64,000 nucleotides of DNA from Nemertoderma westbladi. Taxonomy: Eukaryota > Animalia > Xenacoelomorpha. Both the position numbers and the translations under genes were made by a program. The notes below the pieces were generated by a model. The model saw only the letters and a program-made list of their open reading frames with translations, ran no database searches and was not told the DNA's origin. Within the stretch, counting starts at the first letter, position 1. Every line of letters begins with the position of its first letter. This document shows positions 26,901-38,900 of the stretch, one piece after another. The stretch lies in the NCBI GenBank assembly GCA_032718475.1, contig JAUCBJ010006248.1, positions 8,759 to 72,758 of the forward strand, read 5' to 3'.

Positions 26901-29900
26901 TGGGCTTGTAGCCCCCTGTGTGGCCGCGTGTGGTAGCGACTGTCTCACTCTCGGGAATGGATCTGCCGGATTGTGTTCGGGTTTAGGCCTGTTGTATTCG
27001 GTCTTTGGCGTCTTCCCCAAACTATCCTCACTATAGACTGGGTCTGTAATTAACTCGGCTTCATAGTTGAGGAAGTTTGTCATTTCCTCTAGCCCTGGCT
27101 CCGCACCTTTCTTCTCCCGAGTGGAGAAGGCGATCTTCCTCCACTTGCTCTGTAACCAGATCGGCAGTGCCTGCGCTATCGTGGTGATGTTATTAGATGC
27201 GTTGAGTTCGTATGGCGCGTCTAGCATCTTTAACACGATTAATGCCTTCTTGACCTTGTTCGCAAAGGTCTTTATGCTAACAGGGTTATCCTGTAGGCCA
27301 CCCGATGTTATACCCCTTAATATCTGCCGGATGATTTTGGCTGGGTGTCCGTATTCCCTGTCTAGCGCCCGCCATGCAGTCGTGAAGCCGCCCTCGATGC
27401 CCTGGTACTGCCTCACGATGTCGTATGCTGGGCCTCCTGTATACACTTGTAGATATTTTAGGCACTCCGCCTGCGTCAAGTTCTTACTTAATATCGCGTT
27501 GCTGTACATGCGCCGAAATTGCAGATATTCTTCCGGCCTACTTCCGTCGAATTTAAATGCTCGACTGGTGGTAACTCGATCCTGGTCTTTAATGCATCGA
27601 TTAATGTAGCCATTCCCACTGCCTGTGCTTCCAATGGGTTCGATGGATGCTGTACAGATTCTCCTGTTGGGTGCGGTCCACCCGTCCTGTCTGTTGACTT
27701 TTGCATCGGATATATCATTGGGGGTAACGGCCCCCTCCATATTTCCGTGTCGCACGACCTGTTCTCGTCCAGGGGGTTCGATGTTCTTATTGCTGTTCGA
27801 GTATATTGTTGATATTGTAATGTGAGAATGTCACCCTGTCCCCCCCCCCCCCCCCCCACCGGTATGTTTGGTACTGGGGTTGATGTTAATATATTGGGGC
27901 CCATACTTCTATCTGCAATAACTCTCCCCTCCCCTGGATATATGTTATGTCCCTGGATATTATAGTCATGCTGCTGTGCTGGTACCGATATAGGCCTATC
28001 CACTTCTGGCCTACCTACCGGTATGTACTCCGCGACTTCCGGGTTAAATCCCATCGTCCGCGCTGCCCTAACGCCTACATTATCTCTCCCAGCATGGCCT
28101 ATAATAGTATGTGCAGTAAGGCCTACAGTATGTCCTGCAGTCTGCATGTGCCCTTCCGAACCGAAGTTCAATCTTCTCGAATCTCGAATCTCCCCGCGAC
28201 TACCGTACTCTCGATCGGCAGCTATATCCCGTCAGGAAGTTTCTCTTCGATCCCCTCTTCTGTTCTTGTCTTCGTATCGGTACATCCTGTACCCCTCTCT
28301 TGGCGTGCGGTGCATTTCTTCGGGGCGACGGCAATCTCCCGAAGTTCGACCCCACTGACTCCCTAACTCCATGTCTACTATCGACGGCTCGCTATCCGTC
28401 CTCGCTCTCTGGTTGCTCCTAGCAACGACCCTTCTATTATCTTCACTTCTTCTCTCTTCGACCTCTCGGTTAAACTCTACTATTCTTCTTCTCTCTTCGA
28501 CCTCTCGGTTAAACTCTACTAATCTTCTTCTCTCTTCTGACTGGGCTCGACGTCTCGTCGCTCGCCCACTCTCGGCGCTAACATCTGACTCTACTCTGTC
28601 CGGTTGGACCCTCCTGGAGATACTCGTCATCCCCCTACTATTCTCCGTCGTCGGGTGCCACGGTTCACCTAACTTGCACCGCGCATTATCCGCCGAAGCC
28701 TGTGGGACATTCTCTGCCCCCCCCCCCCCCCTCTCGCTACTAATCTCTCGTGGTGGGGCGCCCGTAGCCCCCCCCCCCCACCCACCACTTCTAACTTCAC
28801 TATCTCTTACTACACTTCCGCGTCCCTCTTGTCAGACATTCTCTACCCCCCCTCTCTCGCCACTAATCTTCCGTGGTGGGGCGCCCGTAGCCCCCCCCTC
28901 CCCCACTCGCTTCTTCTAACTTCACTATCTCTTACTACACTTCTACACCCCTCTTGTGGGGCATTCTCTGCCCCCCCCCCCTCTCTCGCCACTAATCTTC
29001 CGTGGTGGGGCGCCCGTAGTCCTCCCCCACTCGCCACTTCTAACTTCACTACCTCCCCTTACTTCACTTCTATACCCCTCTCTAGTCGACGCACTAACCC
29101 TACTGCGGCTGGGTCCGTTCACCCCCGCCTCTCCCTCTACTACTGTGTGGCCTACCAGGCCCCCCTCGGGTTGACTCAGCGCCATCACTTCCTGCCTACT
29201 AACTACGTGGCCTACCAGGCCCTCATTGGGGTTTCTCACCCCCGCCACCTCCTGCCTACTGACTACATGGCCTACCAGGCTCCTGTCGGGGTTTCTCACC
29301 CCCGCCACCTCCTCCCTACTGATTACGTGGCCTACCAGGCTCTCATTGGGGTTTCTCACTCCCATTGCTCCCTGCCTACTAACTGCGTGGCCTACCAGGC
29401 TCTCATTTGCCGGACCATCCGCGTCCACCACGTTCATATTAATAGCACCATTATCAATATTATCTTCTAAATCAATTAAATTATTTTGCACACCTAAATT
29501 AGAAACGGGATTATTTTGGTCGTTCGAATTAAAGTTATTCGAATTATTTTGCATATTCGGATTTAGATTATTATCTAAATTATTTGAATTATTTTGTAAA
29601 TTCGAATCTACATTATTTGAATTATTTCCTATATTTATATTAGAATGGTTCGGGTTTAAATTACTACTATCGGGCAAAGTATTATTTCCTGCAACGAAAG
29701 TTTGATTAGGGTTATCCACTACGGTACTATTAATATTAACGTTTTCAACAGTATTGTTATTGTTACTGTTATTGTTAGTCTTACGTTCACTAGCCTCTGC
29801 CGCCACTCGCTCTTCTTGCTCCTTTCTTTCCCTCATTCCTATTTCTTCACACTCCCTAAAGTTTCTCGCGACCCACTCGGCCCTCTCTTTATTCTCTCTG

Positions 29901-32900
29901 GCCAGCTCTCTCTCTTTCTCTAGTAATGCACTCCCTTCTTCCATCTGTCTCTCTAATTCTCTCTGGTCCAGCGCCACCAGATCGAGCTGACATGCCAGAT
30001 CTATTTCTAGCACCCGTCTTACTTTTGCGGAGGATGTAGCAGACTTCTCGGTCGCAACGGACTCCCGCTGCCTTCCCGTCCTACTAACTTTCCCCCGCTT
30101 TCTGGAATTCTCGCTGACCGACAAGACCGAATCCTTGGGGTTAACCTCGGATTCGCCCTCCTGCGGTCCCCTCCAACCCACTAACTTAATTCCCCGGGCA
30201 TCGACTAAGTATGGCCCTATGTACACTACACCAGGCTCCATACCCCTACATTCCCACAGCTCGAACAGTTCGGTGGCGACCCCTCTCGCTCTCTCATTGG
30301 CTAGTTCTCCCTGCCCAAAGCGCACTAGATAATCAAAATGTTTATTCGACTCACCTAGCCGCTTCTCTAACTTCACCTGGTCTATCTTCGCCCCTTCTTT
30401 GGCTTCCCTCAACTGTTTTCTGGTTGCATTGTAGGCTCGGCGGAGCCGGTCGCTGACTCCGACGTCCTCGTCGCCGACATCCCCTCTTTCTCTCCGTGTT
30501 CGGCGTCGTACCGGCGGCCCTACCGTCGCCGTTCCGGTGGGCCGTCCATCGCCCTCGGCCTGTGGCTGGCCGGCGACATTGGTACGTCGACCGCCGTCGT
30601 GCGTCGACTCGTCTCTCCTTTCTCTCGACTCGCTCGTTCCTCGCTGTGGTAGACGACCGCCCTCCACTTGGGCTACCGGATCGTTCGGGTTTGAAGAGTC
30701 CGGCGTCCTGGGTCGATACCGTCGCGTCGCGGCCTCGCGGATCGTTTCGTTCGTATCGTCCGGGGTCCGCGGCGTTGTTGTCTCTCCCTCCTGACTCATC
30801 TTTAACTTCTTATTGGTGGCTGGCAGTCACAGTTTCGGGTAGTTGGAATTTTATTACTGTTACGGGATCCGAGAATCCCGACCAGTTGGTTTATTTACGC
30901 GTCCCCGCCGCCAGTCAAAGAGTTTGTTATCTTGTTATCATTCCGGAATTGTTAATGAGATATAATATAAAATATAGTCAGGTAAAATAGATAGCACAAT
31001 TGATAGATTGACTTATGTATGGTAGTATGTGATATAATTGGTGATGGTGGCGGCAACGGTAATAAAAGTATCATACGGTCCAAAGGCCCGCAGAGTGTCA
31101 TGCATAATCAAAAACAAAGATATCACCACAGACAGGCAGTATACTGGTATAATAGGGTATGTCACGGTACAATGCACAACAGCCAAAATCAGTACAACCA
31201 ACTACAGAACTAACTAGCATCTAAGCTTGGCCTCTTAGGTCCTATAATAATCTACTCTAAAATATCCTATAACATCCCCCCTGTTGAAAGACTTGAGACC
31301 CATCAAGTTAACATACTAATATAAAAGACCCATCACCAAAGTTTATAACCATCCAGCTATTGCTTAAATTCTACTGTATTAAGTGTTTTTGGTTTTAGAT
31401 CGTATCCTTGTATTAATCAAGTTTGAGTTGTCCAATAGCAATTCCCAGATAAGGTTTAGTCATCATATCCAGATCTCTTGGACATCGTTTTAGATGCGAT
31501 ACATTAACAGTGAAAGTTTCGTGTGTATGGGATTCAGAGTGATTCGAAAGTAAATCTGCATTATGCTCGGACAATTTCATTATTTTGAATGGTCCGAGAA
31601 AGGGTCGGGCAAATTTATGATTTGGACCTTTACATTCTGACATTGAGTGTAAAAACACTCGGTCACCCACATTAAATCCATGTTTTAGTGTTTTCTTATT
31701 ATATTGAGTACTCCAGTTAATATGTTCCTTTGCCAATTTGTTTCTGACCATCTGGAATGTAGTAGTTAAGCTATCCTTTAGATCAAGTGCAAAGTCTTCA
31801 ACCTCTGCATACTTCCGTGGAATGAAATTCAGGAAGTTGTCGAAAGGAAATTGAGGATCACGTCCATGCATAAGGAAGAAAGGTGTTTCACCTGTTGTCA
31901 TATGGTAGGAGCTGTTATACGCAAAGGTAACCTGATCAAGATAACAATCCCAATCGGTTCCATGATCATTAACTAAATGTGATAGAATATCGCAAATTGT
32001 TCTATTCATTCGTTCTACAACTCCGTTACATTGTTGGTGATATGGGGTTGTAAATATTTTCTCAATTCCCAGTAGTTTTGAAACTTCCTTTATCAAAGAA
32101 CTCGTAAAGTTTGGACCTTGATCAGACAAAAGTTTATTAGGAACACCATGTTGACATATAACATGATCTATTAAGGCTTTCGCCACTGTAGTAGCACATT
32201 CATCACGCAAAGCAATTGCTATTACCCATTTAGTGAAGTGATCCACAAACACTAATGCAAATTTATTACCTTCAATAGATAATGGGAGTGAAAGTAAATC
32301 TACTGCCATTAATTCCATTGGATAATATGAAGTTATAGCAGTTAAGGGAACCTTTTGATATCGGTGAGGAGGCTTCCTTGTGAGACATTCCAAACAAGAA
32401 TTACAGAAACGAACTGTATCGCGATACATGTGAACCTATTCCCCTTCAGAATCACAAATTACCACCATATATGGTAACATTGGCGTTACTTAATTTAGCG
32501 GTACTAAAAGCACTGTACATGCAATCTAATTTAGCGCAAATATAATGGAAATTAAAGCAAATATACAGTTAGTCCTATTGATGCCAATAACAGCAAGCTT
32601 ACATCAAGGGTTTTATAGGAAACTTGCTACCATAGAACTATTTATTTATATTTCATTACAAAATTACGTAGGTAGGGCTACATAGTGTACAAAAATGGAT
32701 AAGATTCACGAATATGGATATTTTATTCTCCTTATCTAAATATGGTTGCGCGTCATTATAGCTTATCTAAATAATTATACTGTATAACGGGCTAATAATG
32801 GTACACAGCGCCATATATCGTAACACCGCTCCAAGGGAAACCAGCAATGTTTCCCTCCAATTGTAGAAGAATATAGGGCGATGTAAACAAACAAAATAAA

Positions 32901-35900
32901 ATTTACTTTCAAATAATCTAAATACTTGGTCTTATAATAGTTCTAAATATTTACAAAATATTGCATAAATATTGCATAATGATTTTACGTACAAATTAAA
33001 TTTACAAAATATTATCTCTCTCACTGTATAATGATTACTAAATACAAATTAAATTTACAAAAATATTGCTTTCTCTTACTACATAATGATTACTACATAC
33101 AAATTAAATTTACAAAAATATTGCTCTTTCATTTACAAATTGACGATCTACATATTGAAATGGAACATGGCTAGGACAATGTCCCCCATTTCCCATCTCA
33201 AATTAACGATCAACAATAACAAAATAAACTAAATATAAACGTATTTGAGGCTAAATTTTTAACTAAATTGCATTAAAGGCCGATAATCAAACTAAATATA
33301 AAATACGTAATAATTTCTTTCATTTTCGGACTTTACTTAATTTCTTATAAAAAACGCAAATCATCTTGGTTTGATGATTGTTCAGGTAAGTGAAAGGAGT
33401 AAGCCAAACCCGCGGGTTTGTCTCCCCAATCACTTCCTTTGCCTCTTTCAATAAACTTTAGAGCAAATAAAGTCATATACACAAAATCAAATATGGTATA
33501 AAGTATTTACTATTTCCAACGGACTACAAAGTGAAAGTATTTCCTTTCAATATTTTTCGGCCTTCGAAATTAAAATTCTAAAATATGGATACGACTAGTG
33601 TATATGAGTCCAGTTGAATGTTTATCAAAACCTATGATATACATCAGAGCGACGATGATGTATATGTCTAGAGTTTATCGGTCTGTGATATTATAGTCTC
33701 ATCGGCTAGCTCCTGGGTCTTTCGGGCTCGCTCCTCTCTTTTGTCCCATCCCCAGATACACCAGTCTACCCCCTGTAGACTCTGTTGACGGCGTCCTTGA
33801 GGCGTCACTTCCCGGAACCGGCGACGACGTTCCCTGGGCACCAACTATCTCTCGACTGGTGCTCCTCCCTCAGCCTCGTCCCATTTGCCGTGTCCCTGCG
33901 GGCGCCTCCGCCGACTCCTCCTTCTGGTCCTTGCCGCGAGCTATGAGCTCCGGCTGCTGTCGCTGTGGGCGCGGCGGTCCGTTGCTCCTCCACTCGTTCA
34001 GAGGTCAATGACCCCAAACGAGTCTCCTTAGGCCGCCAATTGTGCGTTGGGCAATAAATCTAGACGTATATATCAGAGCGACAATGATATATAAAGGATT
34101 GGACATATTCGGGCTTAATAATGCGTGCGTCGAAACTTCCCGAAATAATTTGGAGTAAAATATCGTATAAATCGCGGATCATGGGTATAGTTAGTAGACG
34201 GATGGACGGCGCGAATCTATTGGATGTCGGAACAGCTTGAGTTGTCTTTTTGCGTCGTATTTTTACCTCGTCTGGATACGTGATGGATGTGTGAGCTTCC
34301 TCTCCTGGTGAAGCGAAGTGAACATGGTCCAGGGATTCGAGAGTTCCAACTCCGTGGGTTTGGTACTCGATTCCCATGCCGCTTCGCGCCGCGCCTCTAG
34401 GTCCTTATAGGCTCGGTAAAGCGAAATGGCCGCCGCTTCTATCAAAGCGGGTGTCGAACAGGGTTTAATCTCCGTATATGGATCTAAAGTCGTAATGGTT
34501 GGCGTAATAGGTCTCGGAGGTCTCTTTCTGCTAAAGTCGATACTGATCATCGTGTTGCTCATCGGGTAACCTTCCTCGTTGTATCTAAGAAACTGGTGAG
34601 CTTGACACCGCGTTAATATCGGTTCAGGATTCTGCTTGTTCAGTCGGTCGGGAATCGCTATGTCTTGCTTATTCATGCATTCGCCGCATTTGTAGAACAA
34701 CTTGTATACGCTGAAAACCTTTGGCATCTCCTCGTCCTCGCCTCGGGTCCTCCTGTAAAGATGTATCCCGTCGAATCGATCTCGGACGGCACGTAGCGGT
34801 TCATCGTGCCGCAAATACATATTCATATGGTATAGACGGGCGATTTCCTCGTCAGGGTCGGCGCTAATGTTACACACATCAAGGGCGAAGTCGTGGGGAT
34901 AACGAGTGCGATATTCCTTTCGTAGAACCTCCATACGATCTCCCATGGTAGTAAACATTAGAGTCCTTACACCCATGTCGGGCGAATGGTAGTTCCGCTT
35001 CCTCCCTGGCGATAAATCCATTCCTCGGTTGCGCTCGAATTTCCTTCTCCATTATTGCCGCGTATATACATATATCCCAATAGCCCGTTACGCAAACCAA
35101 TTACACTGTGGGTAAATCAGTTAGATGGTGCGGAGGGACAAACTTCCTGAGCTACCCAGCCGCCTTCCAGCAGTTCAGGTTCGGCTTTCTAGATCCCGTC
35201 TCATTCCTAACTACCTTCTAACCTATTCCCATGCATAGCGCAAAAACTTCGGAGATAAACTGGCCATGACCAACTCACTTTTTGATGCCCAAGCTACTCC
35301 CAATACTTGTACTAGACTACAGTAGTTAGAAAGGACAATAGCTATGGCGTTCGACTATACCAAACCCGCAGGTTTGATAATCGAACACCTCACTCCACTG
35401 CAAACTACTGAGTGGGGTCTGTGTACGCCTCTGGTGCTACTAACCTTTAGCACCTTGGTTGTTGTACTGTTGGCACAAATCTGTGGAAGTTACTGAACTC
35501 AATTTACACTCCTACATAATATAGCCGTCACCATGGTTTCTAAATGCTATTTTCCAGGCTTCACGACTTTCAAATTACTGTATTTCTATAGACGAATTCT
35601 AGAACGCGTCTATATGCAGCGTTTGGAATTGTCTTGGGTTCACTTCTAATTTTTAAAAATTTTTAATTTTCCAAACATTTTATGAAAATAAAATTTTGTT
35701 TTTGATACCCGCCAGACAAATTCTCAACGCAAATCACCACAAACCCGCTGCTATGCATTTCCTAGTATTTGCATACGAGGAATGCATACAAAGTGAATTT
35801 GCGTTCCAACACTAATTTTGGTTTGAGGCAGAAGACAAATTATAGTCTCCTGTCTCGATGCGTGTCTCCTCTAATAACACGATATCTTGGACCGGTCTGT

Positions 35901-38900
35901 CCAAGGTGTGTAAACCATTAGTTTTACACTTCTTTTGGTTCGGACACTTGCACCTTATTTTCACAGTGACGGTGCGTACTATATTTTGCACGTCCGGGTA
36001 TATGTGCAAGATGACTCCGGTCTCCCAATATTTTCTCTTGACAACTGGTTCGGTTATTAATACGTAGTCTCCTCTTTGGAGGCTCCGAACTGTTTTGTAC
36101 CACTTGGATCTGGTGGATATTGTGGGAAGATAATATTCCTGCCAATATTCCCAGATGGTGTACGCTACGAATTGAGTTATTTTCCAGCTCTTTCGACTAT
36201 ATAGGTCGGCACTAATGGGTTCTGATGCCGGCACAAGAAATGCTGGACTCTGCATTAGCAAATGATTCTGCGTTAATGCAACACCGTCTGGCAACATAGC
36301 TATCGGCCTCGAGTTCAATGTATGCTCGATTTCGATGAAAGCTGTTACCAGCTTGTCATCGGTAAGTTGTCTATTTACAGGCAATGTTTTAGCAATGGCC
36401 TGCTTTATGGAGCGAACCAAACGCTCCCAACTTCCTCCTCTCCAGGGACTTTCTGGAGTGTTAAATTTCCACTCCACTCTTTGCGGCAAAAGTGCTGCAG
36501 AGATTTCTCTATTCTGCGCCGCCCTATGAGCTGCGTTCAACTCGCTATTCCCCCCAACAAAGTTTGTACCCTTGTCGGAGTAGAACGCCTTTACTAGTCC
36601 TCTCCTGGCCATAAATCTCTTTAAGGCCAGGAGCAGAGATTTGGTCGACATGTCTGCCACACGCTCTATATGTATGGCTCTACTGGCCATACATATCAGC
36701 AACAGGCCCCATCTCTTGTGGGTCAGCCGTCCACTCTTTGCCTCAATCGGACCAAAGCAGTCCACCCCCGTATTTGTAAAGGGTGAGTCATATGCCTGCA
36801 CTCTCGCTTCCGGGAGTTCAGCCATCTCCTGTTCCAATACTCTGGCGTTCACCCTCTTGCAAACCAGACAGGCGTCGTACATTGTACCTACTGCCCTGCT
36901 TGGCTGCAATAGAATGAATCGCTGTCTCGCTGCTGACAAACAGTGTAACTTTCCCACGTGATGCAACCTTGTATTTATATCCCATAGAATCGCTCTTTGC
37001 AATTCTATTGGGTGACTAGGGATTATCACTGGGAACCTAAACTGTGAGTTTATGTCGACAGTCTTGATTCTCGATCTATGACAAATAAAACCCTTATGGA
37101 TTAATGGGCTCCATTTTCTAAGGGGTTTATAGAGAACTGGTCATTGAGCCGATAATAGATAGAATTCTTTCGGGAAGGCACACATTTGATAATGCTTCAA
37201 ATGTTTTAATTCCGCTTGATCAATCTCATCCTCGGTCAGAGGTTGTTTCAATTTCTGGATTCGCTCACTATTAGTGCTCGTTTGTTCTCCTAAATGTTTC
37301 GAATGTTGTAAACAAAGGTTCGAAACATATCGGCTTAACCACGCAGTTCTTTTACAAATTGTCAGCGAAGAGGCGGACGAATTTAGTAATTTGTCATAAA
37401 TACTACATGGCTCTAATGCCAGCGATGGTTGCCCGCTAGCTAATGGAAGTTTCGAATCCAAACCCGCAGGCTTGGAGACCGAAGGCTCCATCTTTTCGGT
37501 CATTTTCTGTCCGTCACTTACCAATTGTGACCCTTGTGTAGTCTGTAAGGGTAGTTTTATGTCATGACTTACCCTTCCGGACCTAGTAGTCACGTAAGTC
37601 TCTAGGTCTGACAGGTCTCTGGGCCGCTCCAATGACTCTTCAGGCCGCTCCAATGACTCTTCAGGCCGCTCCAATGACTCTAATTTGGCTTTCAACTTAG
37701 ACTTGGAGACTTTCTCCACTTTGACTTCTGCATCCATTGGCATCGGATTAGTTACTATCTTCAGTCGCTCTGGCCAATGCTCCTGTGTCCTCGTTAGAAA
37801 ATCAGGTCCATGCAACCAAAACTCCTGGGACTCCTCCTGACAGAATTCGGTCGGCATAGCACCTCTCGAAGTTATGTCGGCCGGGTTCAATACTCCTGGA
37901 CAATGTCTCCATTGTTCCTTCGTCGAGAAGTCGACGATCTGAGCGCGTCTGTTGGCCACAAATGTCTTTAGTGCAATATTGTCAGCTGCAATATACACTA
38001 ACACTAAGGATGCATCCGTCCAATAGAATAATGTCAATGTTGTGTCTAACTCCTCTATTATCTGCTTACTTACCTCAACTGAGACTACTGCCGCCTGCAA
38101 CTCTGCACGAGGGACAGTCATGTATTTGACCGGCATTGTCTTTGATCTAGAAGTCACAAAGGCCGTCTCAAACTTGTTCTGACTTACCTCTTGGCGAAGG
38201 TAGGCTACCATACCAAAGCCGGTGTCACTTGCGTCACTGAACAAATCTCGATTTCGATGAAAGCTGTTACCAGCTCGTCGTCGGTAAGTTGTCTATTTAC
38301 AGGCAATGTTTTAGCAATGGCCTGCTTTATGGAGCGAACCAAACGCTCCCAACTTCCTCCTCTCCAGGGACTTTCTGGAGTGTTAAATTTCCACTCCACT
38401 CTTTGCGGCAAAAGTGCTGCAGACATTTCTTTATTCTGCGCTGCCCTATGAGCTGCGTTCAACTCGCTATTCCCCCCAACAAAGTTTGTACCCTTGTCGG
38501 AGTAGAACGCCTTTACTAGTCCTCTCCTGGTCATAAATCTCTTTAAGGCCAGGAGCAGAGATTTGGTCGACATGTCTGCCACACGCTCTATATGTATGGC
38601 TCTACTGGCCATACATATCAGCAACAGGCCCCATCTCTTGTGGGTCAGCCGTCCACTCTTTGCCTCAATCGGACCAAAGCAGTCCACCCCCGTATTTGTA
38701 AAGGGTGAGTCATATGCCTGCACTCTCGCTTCCGGGAGTTCAGCCATCTCCTGTTCCAATACTCTGGCGTTCACCCTCTTGCAAACCAGACAGGCATCGT
38801 ACATTGTACCTACTGCCGTGCTTGGCTGCAATAGAATGAATCGCTGTCTCGCTGCCGACAAACAGTGTAACTTTCCCACGTGATGCAACCTTGTATTTAT

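Larger units (their letters stand above)
23703..31068 (-). mobile_element. BEL/Pao element B: gag + protease only, inserted in the 3' LTR of A
   Basis: 3' LTR 23703-24275 preceded by PPT TAGGGGGGAG; partial 5' LTR 30858-31068; BEL gag core, Zn knuckles, protease VDSGA, TPFGWTLSGP. Confidence 0.88.

Noticed and set aside
31069-31274. Chimeric LTR made by template switching (Gypsy U3 fused to BEL R-U5)
   Set aside because: The Gypsy segment ends ..CCGTATGATA, one change from a TG..CA terminus matching TGTTATAGG. A complete ~206-bp LTR inserted into B is simpler.
34263-35021. env gene
   Set aside because: No signal peptide or transmembrane segment.
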